A stretch of DNA of 58,948 nt, counting the filler, from Sluysia triapertura (taxonomy: Eukaryota): NCBI GenBank assembly GCA_046118255.1. It is 4 parts of 4 records of this genome, joined end to end, with 100 filler letters (N's around TTAATTAATTAA, not from the genome) between each part and the next. Parts side by side here need not be neighbours in the genome. Positions count along the whole stretch, not along the records: positions 39,496 to 58,948 come from JBJNIA010066512.1; 3 more parts are not named here. The stretch is one strand, 5' to 3'. Positions within the stretch are counted from its first letter, which is position 1. The number at the start of each line of letters is the position of its first letter. The position numbers and the translations under genes are program-made. The notes beneath the pieces are model-generated. The model was not told the DNA's origin. It saw nothing but the letters and a program-made list of their open reading frames with translations, and did no database searches. This document shows, piece by piece, positions 40,215 to 54,275 of this stretch.

Positions 40215-40934
40215 TCATTCAAATAAATCATCAATTTTTGTGTAAGACTGCACCCTTTCAAAAACCGCTGGGTAACAAACTTGATTATTTCTTTCTACTT
40301 TTTGACCTTCTTCGGTACAATTTGGAAGTAAATGAACTATTTTATCGTTGCTGATTTCATCTTCTGATAACCGTCTAAATAATGGATGTGTACTAATTTG
40401 ATCTATAATCCATTCATGGACTTCCTTAACATCTGTAATAGTATATAATCTACCACCTTCTTTTAATATGTATGAATATTCTGCTAATAAATTTGTGCTT
40501 ACGATTCTCCATTTGTGCTTCACCCGTTTAAAATGTGGATCTGGATATAAAATAAACATTTTATTAAGTTGTCCTTTAGAAAAAAAATTTGGTAAAAATT
40601 TCATAGCATTCGTACGAATAACTGCTATATTTCCATATTTTTCTTCATTCTGTTTCCTCAGTGCTTGAATTCTATCAGCTACATAATCTGATACTTTAAC
40701 TCTAATTTCCAAACCAACCATTCTTATTTCCGGAAACAAAGGAGAAAGAGTTGTTAATAAACCACCATAACCGCAACCAATATCAGCAAATTCTGGTGCT
40801 TTATTATCAGAGCAACCATCTTCATAGTAACTATTCCAATTAATAACTTCAGGACATAATGGATAATTTAAAGTATGATCTGACCAAGGATTGCAATGTG
40901 CTCTTTGGCGATAAAATCGCTTTTTTGGCAACAT
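40215..40934 (-). CDS. METTL1: tRNA (guanine-N7)-methyltransferase, METTL1/Trm8, intronless CDS
   Basis: Contains KRFYRQRAHCNP, the SAM motif FADIGCGYGGLL, GLEIRVKV, RTNAMKFLPNFF, YPDPHFK..KHKWRIVS, YTITDV and TEEGQKVERN. Confidence 0.96.
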   Translation of the reverse strand: MLPKKRFYRQRAHCNPWSDHTLNYPLCPEVINWNSYYEDGCSDNKAPEFADIGCGYGGLLTTLSPLFPEIRMVGLEIRVKVSDYVADRIQALRKQNEEKYGNIAVIRTNAMKFLPNFFSKGQLNKMFILYPDPHFKRVKHKWRIVSTNLLAEYSYILKEGGRLYTITDVKEVHEWIIDQISTHPLFRRLSEDEISNDKIVHLLPNCTEEGQKVERNNQVCYPAVFERVQSYTKIDDLFE

Positions 40935-41251
40935 GTGTTTTAAAATATAATTTATCTGAATATTTAAACAAATTAATATATATAAATTAAGTTCAAAGCA
41001 AAAAACAGGCCTAAATTTTGATTTTTTACATTGTATCTCATTAAAACTTTTTTACTTGTACCATTTATTAATTTTTGTATTGACATTTTTACAATCTTTT
41101 TTTGGTTAAATGTTTTTCATGTTTTAAGTTAAGGAAGGCAGGCTTCATTTTTTCCAAAATTGTGTAAGAATATTTTTTTTATAATTTATTGGAATATTAA
41201 AACGATGTACGAAGATACTAATATGAATATTATTGTTCGACTTCAATAAAA

Positions 41252-41316
41252 GGGCTGACGGGAATCTAACCCGGGATCTCTCGCTTCACAGCTGTAAAGT
41301 TCGATTGTACTATCAA
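41252..41316 (-). mobile_element. tRNA-derived SINE head (second copy)
   Basis: The reverse complement AATCGAACTTTACAGCTGTGAAGCGAGAGATCCCGGGTTAGATTCCCGTCAGCCC closely matches 9557-9612. Confidence 0.7.
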
Positions 41317-42493
41317 TTATACTATCATTATTCTGTAGCACTTTAGGCTTATACCTCGACTTATTCATTCGTATTTCTCATTCTTTTTTCTTGATTCAAA
41401 TATTTTACACGCTTATTTTGTTATTGCAATTCATAATAATACTTTATCTAATTTCTCAATGATGTTTATTTTGCTTCTACATCACGACACATAATCCTTA
41501 TGTTTCTCCTTGTCCTTCACTAATCCCAACATTATTATAAATATTCATTTAGTTCGAAATTAATAAACTAAGTAAGTAAATAATAAGTTAAGTAAATCAA
41601 ATAAAAATTAAATCTTCAACTTATTAAGGAGCCATTTATAATAAATTATATTTTATGTTTGATTTTTGAATTTTGAACTATCTATTTGTTGATATTTATC
41701 TCGTATTTATAATATTGTTTTCATGATATTATAAAAGCCTTTTTAGATACTATTTGGTAGCATAAAATAATGGGTAAGTTAAACTTTATGCAGATTTACC
41801 AACGGATGTATGAAAATATTTCACTATATGGAAAAAGTGGTATCGAATTACTTATTATTAATATAGATATTAAATATGTTGTACATTTATTAAAAATATT
41901 CCATGAAAACTCAACAATTAAATTAACACGTAATCTTGAAATATTTCAAATATCTCAGAAATGACAAATTATCATTATTCTTTTAAAACAATATATAAAT
42001 TCAAAATTATAAATTATCGTTTGTATACATTTGTTCAAAAAAAGATTCCAGGTTGTCACAACACGACAAATATTGACGCCCATCTTTGACAATTAAGAGA
42101 GCTGCCTCAACACATATGTAGTAAGCATTCTGATTGAGGATTTATCATTAGAAACTACAAATGTGTTGATGCAGCTCTTTTAATGGAAATGAAGCTCTAC
42201 ATTTTAATTAGTTTTTCTTGCCCAGCTATCTTGTTCTGATTTTATTACAAAAATTGGATAGTTTATGTTATAGTTGGGTAATTGCTTAGGAGATTAAACT
42301 TGGTAATGGAAATAATTATTTATTCATAAGCCGACCAATTTCCGTCGACTTCCAGTTTATTTCTTCCTATAATTATTCAAAATTTAATATCGTTATTACA
42401 TTAACATTCTGTTATTAATACAATTTGTCAACTTAAAATAAACATAAACTAATCAAATACTAAATTTAATTTTCCTAGAAATATTTTATATAA

Positions 42494-42678
42494 TACATCG
42501 AGCGTCAACCGTATGTCACACGTCTATTTCAATAAGACGTCTTCATGTGCATCATTTTAATATATATTTTAATTATACTTTGAGTACATCGTGCGTCAAC
42601 CGTATGTCACACGTCTATTTCAATAAGATGTCTTCATGTGCATCATTTTAATCTATATTTTAATTATACTTTGAGTAC
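42494..42678 (+). repeat. Two-copy 91-bp tandem duplication running into an L2-type 3' tail (to ~42726)
   Basis: Units start at 42494 and 42585 with about 3 mismatches. They are followed by CTTTGCAGTAGATATGAGCGCAAAATAAAT, as in the LINE tails at 34120 and 58694. Confidence 0.85.
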
Positions 42679-45600
42679 TTCCTTTGCAGTAGATATGAGC
42701 GCAAAATAAATGAATATATATTATTAATATTACTTAGGCATTAAAACATATATAAATTTAATTTTAGATTATAAAACTAATTAAAATAACTGACTTTTAC
42801 GTTATTTGTGTCGACGTTACATTTCAACATTGGGAGTAGTAATAAAATTCAACATTACACACTAATTCTAATATTATTTTATCACGTGCAGACATTTTTC
42901 ACAAAATTATTAAATTAAACAATATTTACTTAAATTAATTAATATTTTTATATTGTATATTTTAACAAGTAATGTTTTAACTTATTTCATTAGAAATACT
43001 TTATTATACTATAAGGTATAACCTTTATATCCACTTCATCTTTAACAAAACCAAACAATGTGATCAGTTATAATAATATTAAGATGTCATTAGAATAGTT
43101 TTCAAATGTGAATAATTTATGAAGGTAACAGTTTAGATTGATGGGTAAATTTCAATCAGAATTAGAGTAAATGCCTAAATCATGCATTTTGTTATGTAAT
43201 AAATTTACGTAATGAGTTAGAACTGAAGGATTGTGTATTGACGTAACAGTCATGAATTTTATTAAATTGATAACAGTCTCATCTGTATTATTTAAAATTT
43301 TCAAAAAGAGTCTAATATCCTTGTTATTTATTGATAACTCAATTCATTCTTAGAGTACATTCATGAAAACTTCCTAGTAGGAAATCATAATAATTTGTTA
43401 ATAAGTAAATTTACATGAGAAGTGAATCTTTTTATTGTGTCTTTACTAATTGTAATTCATTGTAATTTTTATAAATTTCACCATGTTTGATCTTAAACTT
43501 AGGAAAAGTCTTCATTACTTTTTAAGTCGTTATATGGGTTATCACTTACAGATTTGATTAAAATATAATTCACTTTCGAATTTCTATTAAGATTTATTTC
43601 AATTTCACTGTCAAATTATTAGAATTGTGGAGAGTTTATTTCAACCCTCATTTCCAACTTAGATTTCATGAAGCTCAAAGTTATTCTTAGTTTATAATTT
43701 GGGGAGTAATCCTACTCCTGATACCATTTATTTGGGGGTTTATTAATGAATGATGGGAGCTTTATTTGACTATTAGGTGCATATAAGTTTTGAAAATTGT
43801 ACATGAAACATTCGTTAACATGTCAAATAGATCAGAAGTTACACTTTTAGCGATTAATTAACATTATTTCTAAAATTAACTGTTTATTGAAGTTAATTCT
43901 TGCATTAATGCGCAAAATTCTAAATTTTAAGGCAAACATGAAATCTATTAAAACTGTTTAGCAAATAATAAATAAGGGGGATAAATTTCCAATTTATTAT
44001 AAAGAATAAAACGGGCAGAAAAGTAATAAAAACAATTTATAAGGGTTATGAAACAAATTTACACAATTATCAGGATTACAAACATTTCTTACTTTGGATT
44101 AGTAGGCAGGTTCAAAAATGATGAATCAAACTAAGACTAATTGAATTGCGAATCTCTTCACCAACTTCTTTAGAGTGTCCTACATCGTAGAAATTTGAGT
44201 TGCACTTCACTGAAATGTTTTAATGTTTGTCAAAGTTCGAATCATCAAGGCAGTCTTTGTTTATTTGATCTATTTCTCTGCTTCGATCACACAAGTCGAG
44301 TGAAGGATTGGCACTTGGTGGTTGTTTCCAAGTATTGATGATGAATTCACTTTCAAGTGACATGGTTCGGCATTTATATTGAATTGAAACGATATTATTG
44401 TTTTCAGTTGATCAACTTTCATCGAAATTATTTACATTATAGGCATAATAGTTGATGCAAACGTCAATAACGTTGTTGTCTAATAACAGAATTTTGTTCA
44501 GATTTTATCTAAAAACTTTTTCAGACAATTATGAAGTTAAAATGGGTCCACCTATAATCTAAGTTTTATATCTCACTGAAGACTTAGTTATAGGATTATA
44601 ATATGTCAAGACTACGAAAGATTCCTTACTGTCTAACAATGGAGGGTCTTTATATGTATTATTTAGTGATGCTTTTTGTTGTAGTCGATTTGACTTTTTA
44701 TACTTCTTTAACTATCTCACAATTTAAACTTTAACTAAAAATCAAAACAAGAAAATATAGTACTTGGCGTACTCTATGAAAATTTATTAAATATAGGTAT
44801 TTATAAGGCAATTCAAAAATGATACTCAAAAAGGTGAAATTTACAATAAATAATAAATAAATTATCAAACTTTAGGATTTCTCCTAATTAGGTTATAAAA
44901 TGTAATTTTGAAGTGATTTTGACCCAGGTGAATACTTGGGTATAAAATTAATTTGATTTTGAGTGGATTTTTATACAATATATTTTTGTAAAAACCTATA
45001 ATAAATAGTTTACGATTATCAATCAGGGTTTTGTTCCAAATTATTATTTTCCAGTAACGGTCTGTAAACTAGTTTGAAGCTTTCCACGAAAAATCGAATA
45101 ATCGAATTATATAATAAATTGTTGAGGCACTAAGTTCCAACAAAATTGTATACGTGACCAAAGAATTCCAATAGATTTACAAAAGTCAAAACTTTTAAAA
45201 ATTACTACTGTATTTTATTGTGAAAGATTGCTAAAATCATAAGCTATTTTTATTCTAATTTCTTTTGTTACGTGTTAAAGAGATAAATAATTATTTTAAT
45301 ATTTTAAACATTGTAAAAGATTATCTTGAATTGAAAAGATTTTAAAATGTAGATATTAATTTTTTAAAAATAATCTAATTTTTTCAATTATTTGTTTTCG
45401 ACAATTTAAAAATTTTATCGGTTTTATTACATGTTTAAATTTACTTAAATAATCTAGTTAACTTGAAAATATAATAATTATTTTTTAACTTTGGCTTTAT
45501 TGATAAATATAATTATTTATGATTTTACTACATAATAAATAATATCTACAGATATTATAAATTATGATGATTTGTTGTTTGGAACGTTCCCGATACTAAT

Positions 45601-48600
45601 GTATTTTCCAAGTCGCGAAGTGACGTCGGTTCGAACAGAAATCTGCAGCCAATATTAATAATGCAAGTATTTTCTTGATTAAATAAATTTTAAATATTCG
45701 TAATTGTTTCTCCTTCGTGAAATCTCCTTTGATTAACTTAGCGTACAAAATTTTTCTAAACAAAATATTTGCGAGTCTTGTGTTTTATGTCGTCTTTATT
45801 TATGTTTTTCTATTTCAACGTTATATTCCAGCAATTACAAATATCATAAATTATTAATAAATCCAGTGAATGCAAACATAAATTTTCAAATAAAAAATTT
45901 TGATGTGAAATAAATTTGTTTTTTATACTAGTAATAAAATATGTAATAAAATTCGGTAACTTATTGATAATAAAATATAAAATTCAGCGAATTATTGTAA
46001 ATATATTTCTACTGATAAAAATAGAAATATTTAATTAAATTATTGTAGCTACATTTATACTGATTAAAATAATATTCAAGTTGTTATTTTATTATAAAAA
46101 TACTAAAATACATTTAATTATTTATTAAATACATTATTTTCATTTACAAATACTGTATACTTATTTACTGTATAAGTATATATAATGCATTGTTTACATA
46201 TTAGACAGTCGACTTATTACATAATAATTATCTTTGGTCCGATGAATATTTTTACCCTGCACTTTTAATAACAAAAATGAATATTACATAAGTAAATATC
46301 CATCATTTACAAAAAATCACTATAATAAACGTGAATTTTACAAATCTGCACGTATTATCTTAATAGAAATTGTTAACAAAAATTAATTTTTCAATCCTCT
46401 GAAGAATTAGTTTAGTTTATACTGTAAAGGTTAATGACCAATGTGTTTCTAATGTAAAATTAATCTTCTATTATAAAATAGATAAATTAGACTTTTGTTA
46501 CAAATTTAGCGTTAAATTCTAATAAAATGAAACTTAAAAGTGACCAAATGTTTATTATATTAAAAATTGATAAATACGGTGAGATAAAATAAGACAATTA
46601 TAAACTTATAAAAATAATAATATAAACAATGGAAGTCAAATAATAATAATAAATTATTTATAATTAAAGATCTAACCCGAAGGCTCAACCTGTCGATAAT
46701 TATTTTGTAATTGGCTTTAATGACCAACTGAAAATTAAGTATTTTGAATAAACTTACTAATTAATAAATAATTTAATAAATCGTGGTTGAATATTCGGAA
46801 TCAGAAGAATTTAACTGATTTGATTGAATAGATTTTGGAGCTGAGATCTCTCTAATCGAATACGCGAATTCTAATTCTGTTTTGTAAATGATTGAATCGC
46901 TAATGCCGTTGTACCAAAGAGAACCGGAACGATGAATGGAGTTAACCGATTGGACTAATAAAATTGCGGCTACACTAATAAATTGAAATTGTCAAAATGG
47001 TGGTTCTGCTGCTTTTTGTTTATATAGTTTTTGTGAGTGTAAAGATACGTACTTTTAAATTTGATTTAATAAAACAATTTATTTCTAAAATATACTTTTT
47101 GAATTACTTTTAAAATAATTAAGTATTAATTTTAATATAATTGTAATTAGAATTTTTTAAATAATAGTAATTTTAATTTTTTTATAGTACTTATACTTTT
47201 TTAATAAATACATAAAACATAAAAATACATAAAATATAAATAATTTTATATAAATGTATCAATAAAAATACTTATTTACAACCTTTACTTATGAGTGTGT
47301 GTGTCGAAAAGTGTAGTAAAGTTTACAATAAAATGTGATTCTAGGATTCTAGTCTAATCCGTTGGATCTTTTGAGAAATAATTGTATTTAATTGGAGATA
47401 ACTTATACTTGTGGCTGATTTGCTTGCTTGTAATTGTATTATTCAATTGCGACTTACTTAACCTAGTTATGAATTAGAGGTTGTTTCACTTTTCTTATTA
47501 AAAATCTTTTCAAATGAAACCTTAATAAAATTAATATCTAATATAATATGGTAAGTTTACTTCTTAAAAGAGTAAAATTTACTATATTATTTTATTCAAG
47601 TTTCGTACTAAATGAAACCATATAAAACTTTGACTCTGGTTTTAAGAGATTTTATAGAGGTTTCGTAGTAAATGAAACCTCTTTAAGTTCTGTAATGTTG
47701 GGTTTAAACAAATAATAAATTAAAATTTATTTAACAAAAAATTTTCTTTATAATATTGATATAAATAAGTTATAAGATTATTCTTTTGTTTTTAATAATT
47801 TTTGTCTGATTATTAATATTATTTTAAAATTAGTTTATTCAATTACTGATTTAAAAGGTAACTCGATATTTTTTCAATTACGTTTTGAGTTTATATTATT
47901 AGGTAGTTGTTGAAATATTGCAAACTTATAATAAATCGAATTAACGATGATTTGAACCAAAATAAACAATTAAAAAATGTTTAAATGTTAAAACTTCAGC
48001 ATATTAAACTGTTAAACAAAATTACCTATAGTGTGTTATAGAACAAAATTACTTTTGAATTTATACTAAAATTTTTGACTTTCGTCGTTAGTTAATTTAA
48101 ACAATAATTATTTAAAACAATTGTTTAGAAATATATAATTATTATTGTTGATAAAATGAAAATGTAACAAAAATATCATTTACAAAAATTAATATTATTT
48201 AGTTACATATTTAATCACGTAAATAATAATATTATCAATATTTAAATAAATTAATATCACACTTTTGATCATGTTTGTTAGATATAAACACGTTATTTAC
48301 ACATATTTATATTGGCTTAGAATTCATTCGAAGAATTGATACAATTTTTAAATATTCAAAATCTCCGGTTTGAAGATCTAGTGTTAATCTATCACTAGAT
48401 TAAAATTTCTGTTTTGGTAATGCTTTTTAACAGTCTTGGAAATATGTTCTGCTCAAAAATCCCAAATAATGACTTCATATGCTTGCATCAGCTCTTAAAA
48501 TATAATTGGCGCAACACAAAAATAACTTGCAATCTATTTTTTGAGAAATAATTTAAATATAATGGCAAACATTTTAGATATGCACAATGATTTTTATGGT

Positions 48601-49399
48601 GATTTAAAATTCAGATTAAAATATTTAAGTTTGATTTTTATTACGTGTTTCATTAAATATTTGTTTGTTCAATCCATTTAGTTGATATGTTTTATGTATT
48701 ACATAAAGTCAATAATCCACATCCATAAGGCAACTCATTAATTAACAATCAGTTGTCATTAATAAAACTTCCAATCAATTTTTTTCGGTTGGCAATTTTT
48801 TGCAAAAAATTTAAACTACAGAATTATTTGTACCATATTTTCACATCATGTTAACGCATTTAGAATGGCACAGGCTTGTGTGTGTCACAATATAATCGCA
48901 TTTGCGCATATGTGAATATTATCTAGAGGATACACAGCATTTAACTCATTTTCAAGTAAAGCTGTACCAAATTGATTTATATTTACAAAACTAATTATAT
49001 ATCTGGTCACATTTCGAGATTTTCTCAAAAATGGAGGTCCTTAAAAACTTAGTAAGACTTATAATAATCAAAAACCAAGATAAGACATTAGAATTATTAT
49101 TTTTAAGGAGGAAATAACTTATTTTCATGTCCTTTTGTTTTTTCGTAGTGTATCCATAATATCGGCTTTGAACTATTGTGAATTTGAAAAGAACGTCTTA
49201 TTACGTTTTAAATCTACTGCGGTGGTTACGGACAAATAATATGCGTTATCAATATTACTTATTTATAAATTGTTAATTTTTTTAACAATATGTTATCATA
49301 ATTGTACCTAAATGGCTTACATCATTGGTGTAAAACTTGCATGCGCACGAGTGCAAAACATTTATTTCATAAAATTTTGAATGTTGAAATTAAATGTTC

Positions 49400-50684
49400 A
49401 CATTGATCTATGTGACGATTTATTGATTTTTAGCGAAGAAAAAAGCTTCTCACATAAATAATACTTACAAACAGAATCAATAATTCTTGAAGCAAACAGT
49501 CGCATTTATTAATTTTTCAGACAAAAAACTCTACATTTTTCTTGCAGTGCTACATTGAATTTGTACTTTGCTCCTTGCTTTTTCAGCATTATACGAAAAT
49601 TGGTCATTGAACAACAAAAAATCTTCTTCACATGCCCGACAGCTGTGAAATCTTATTTTAAATTCTAACAACAGATCGTCAAAATATGAAGTATATTTAA
49701 CAAAATTACAATTAATACACGATTCTTTATAAATTTAACTCATTTAATGTCGTGGAATATCGTTTAGAAAGGTTAAATCCTGAATCCAATTTTTATCTTT
49801 AATTTGGCCATAAGTTCCGAAATTATAAGACTAGTTTGAACTTGATCTTTCGAGTTTTCAAACAATTTTTTAAAAAAGGATTGAAGTGTCTTAAGTTCAC
49901 TTTTTAATTCTTCTAACTTATCTTCTCTTATTTTTCCCGCATATTGCTTATATTCTGAATGCATTGCATAATGATGTTTTAAATTATATTCTTTCAAAAC
50001 ATTTATAGTCTGTTTACAAATTAAACATGAAGTTATGTCTTTTAGCTCTTTAAAAAAAGTAATTTAACTCTCATCTTGGTTGACAAATTCTGTGTTCGCC
50101 TTGTATTGATCTTTTTTTATTATTTTTACGAGCAGACATAATTTTTATCTTCTGAAAAGTAAAAATAAAAAACATTGTTTTATTTATGTCTTTAGAAATT
50201 AAACACCTAATCAAGATTTTATATAAAAAATCTATGATTAAACCAATTTTCTAAATATTTTAATTGTACGTGTTTTGAAACATTGACACTATGATTTTTC
50301 ACATGCTTTGTTATCCTTCTGAATATTGCTTTTCTGATTTTTTTTACTCCAATTTGAATGCTCTCTACTTTAATTTATACTTACGATCAGTTGTTTGTTG
50401 AGTTTTAATAAATTAGACAAATAATACCTGCAATTTGCAACTGCGAAGAAACTGTCAAAAACGATCGCACATCTCTTTGGTACAATCTCCTTTATCGATG
50501 TTACCGACTTAGCGACAACATGAATCAAAAGGGACGCACAAATGCCATAGGCGGTATATTCAAATGCTTAAGAATAGTTTAAATTAAAATTTAAATCTAA
50601 TCCTAAAATAAAATTATTTTATACATTGTTATAAGCCTGCGGCCGTATCTCAAGCTCTTTTGGGTCGCGTATTTGACACCACTG
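49400..50684 (-). mobile_element. Decayed hAT transposon, Buster/Charlie/SPIN type (GTF2IRD2-like transposase N-terminus)
   Basis: The minus strand at 50139-49790 reads MSARKNNKKR...YFF...CLICKQTINVLKEYNLKHHY..H..Y...GKIREDKLEELKSEL...SLIISELMAK (BED-type finger, disrupted). The terminus CAGTGGTGTCAAA ends at 50684, flanked by an 8-mer GCTTAGAC with central TA. The other end was not found, so the left coordinate is approximate. Confidence 0.82.
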
Positions 50685-52269
50685 GCTTAGACAATGAATT
50701 TTGATTTACTTTTACGCCTACTTGATTATTGATATTTACCTTTAAAATAATGTGTATCACTTGAAATGTAATTTGGGTTTTGTAACGTGAGGTGTACTTT
50801 AATACGGAGATGAATATTCATGTCAATTGAACACAAATAAAAGTTACAGAATGTATCGATTAGGTAATTATCATTGTGTATACAACTTACTTCAGGTTCA
50901 CAGTGAGGTTCCCTTTCAACGACGCCGGTAATAGCTTTATTTGGTCTGGATAAAGCATTATGTTTATTTCGTCCGAATAAATCACGATTCTCTTCATTTA
51001 AGCTAAATATAACCTTATATTTATTTCGTCGTTATTATTTCGTTTGCTTACATTGTCATTTTTGTAAGCTTAAATAAAACGTTCTCATTTCTATCTCGTC
51101 TGAGAACATCATAGTTAATTAGTTCGCATACATTAACACCTAACATTAAAGATGTTTTAAATGTTTTAACATTTTTAAGTTGTAAAGTGATAATATTACT
51201 GTATATTTAGATATCATGTTATCCTTTTTTATTCAAGATTTATTTCAATAGTTTTGAATGTTTTTATATTTTAAGTTGTTTTAACATCATGGGTTTTTAT
51301 AAGTACATTAATGCGCGGTTGAGTTTGTGGGCAACTAATATGCAAAGTCATATAAACGCTTTATGTATTGATTTATAGTTTTGTTGGAATGTTTAAAAGT
51401 TTGGGTAACATTACTTTGTGTTAAGAAAGATAAAAACATTTATATTCAGATGATTATGAATTGAAAACTAAGTAATTTTATATTACCTGGTGAATTAATA
51501 AATTAATGCTTTATTTACTTCATGTTCTTAGGCGATACACTATTTATCGTCTCAAAATTGTATTCAATTCCAAATACCAAAATTAATCACATTACTATAA
51601 ACACCAATACTAATATAAATCGGCCTAAATCCACTATTAAAAACCAAATTCAAACTTAAGGTCTTTGTCAAAATGTGTATTAACTAATTTACTCAAAAGC
51701 ACGATTACGTTTAGGGTGAAGTGAGAAATCATCAGGCGTTGTATTTTTGATTAACTTAAATAAATCCGAAACAGCAATTTTGGATTTTGTTTTAACCAGT
51801 ATTGATAGTTTTGTGGTAAATTGAAATCATTTACCTTTTATTGTTTAATGCATTTCTATATTAAAGATGATTTTTTTCAATATTCCTAAGGCTACTGTAA
51901 TTACAAAATGTTATAATTAATAATCCTTTAATAGCTTATCTAGGTTATTATGAAACAAATAAAAATTTACTATCATGTAAATAACCAAAAATAATTACTT
52001 TATTCCTTAATTGAATTATTGAGCTTTTTATTACCAAATACTGAGCGACAAAACCACCCAATCCAAACGATAGGGTCAGGTGTAAATTAAGCATGAAATA
52101 TTAATTGATAATATTGATTTTGAATATTTTAATTATAGATTCAAAGAAGGCTGCATATCTAGAAACAGTGAAGAAATAATTTGTAAAACCGTTATCACTA
52201 AAATGAAGGAAATAAAATATATTTGACTTTATTTAAAATACTACGAGGGTCATGAAAAAAAATGTCAAA

Positions 52270-53063
<794 letters not shown>

Positions 53064-54275
53064 TTATTAATTGCTTAGCAAATTAAATAAAATACTTTAC
53101 TATACGTATCCCAATGATTAATTAAAACAATTCTAATGTATTTAAAAAATCAATAATTACATAATTAATTTTAAAGTTCTGATAAATAATGACATTTTCA
53201 CAAACTTTGTTTATACATTACGTAATTTAATTTTTGTAGTATTTAAATGTGTTTAGTCCATTTAAAGTTTATAGTGCAAATGCTGATTATATTGATTATA
53301 GTGAAGTGTTCTTATGTTAATTGTGAATAATACCTATTTTGTCAGATATGCCATGTCTCCACATAAAGGTGGATGCATATGTTTTTAAGTGATGCTCAAG
53401 AACAAGATATGAAAGATAATTGAAGCTTGATGAGGTCTGAAATTATCTCAAGCCAATTTATCCTTCAAAACATTTTCCCCGCAAATCTCTATCTTTCTAT
53501 GAGATCTTACATCATATAAGAGTCTTTGGAGCTCCAAGGAATTGCTCATAAGTGATGATATTTTTATATTCATCATTATTTCTCTGTAATGTTCTATCAT
53601 TTTGTATCAATTGTTCTTAAATTTTTCAATACCACATTTTCTCATTTACCCCATACTTAACTGTTTGGAAATTCCAGTATAATCATATATTTTAAATTTT
53701 ATAAAATTGAGCAACATTAAATAAGAAACAATTTACCTTTAAAAATATCTATTCGGGCTAAAGACTGAAAGTAAATAATGGTATATCAAATAAATAAACT
53801 AATTATTGTATAAATTTTCTAACGCATTCAATAAATAAAAAATATAAGTACAGTAAACTCCGATTATCCAGGCTAATGATGAGGAAGACCTGTACGAATA
53901 ATAATTATACAAAAATAAAAAAATACTTGTATAATACTGTAGTGTCACACTTTAACACGACATACATATCATGCATCATCACCATCAACTATACCAACTA
54001 CATCACAAACATTAATCACACTACAACATATAACATATATTGTACATCACATCCACTATCACCATCGACTACATAAAACACACTTACAATATCCGCAGTA
54101 TCACACCTTATCTCAGATAGATTACAAACACATAATAAAATCTTTCTATTAAAATCATTTCAGTAATACTTTGTTAGATGTAACGCTTATTGCCACTTCA
54201 TCAACACTATCGCACTACCTTTTATTTGTATAAGAAACAATTTATAGATGGATTGAAATGTGATCAAAAGATATT

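Noticed and set aside
43720-43770. YLGVLLMNDG, reminiscent of a LINE reverse-transcriptase thumb motif
   Set aside because: Too short, with no flanking RT motifs recognised.
46668-46690. Resemblance to miR-750 (AGATCTAAC...GCTCA); also a bantam-like TGAGATC at ~46842
   Set aside because: The seed is incomplete or the similarity is limited to the seed, and no complementary hairpin arm is visible.
47600-47679. CRISPR-like repeat (GTTTC...GAAAC) with a 40-nt spacer
   Set aside because: There are only two 20-nt copies, no cas genes, and the context is an intron-containing animal genome.
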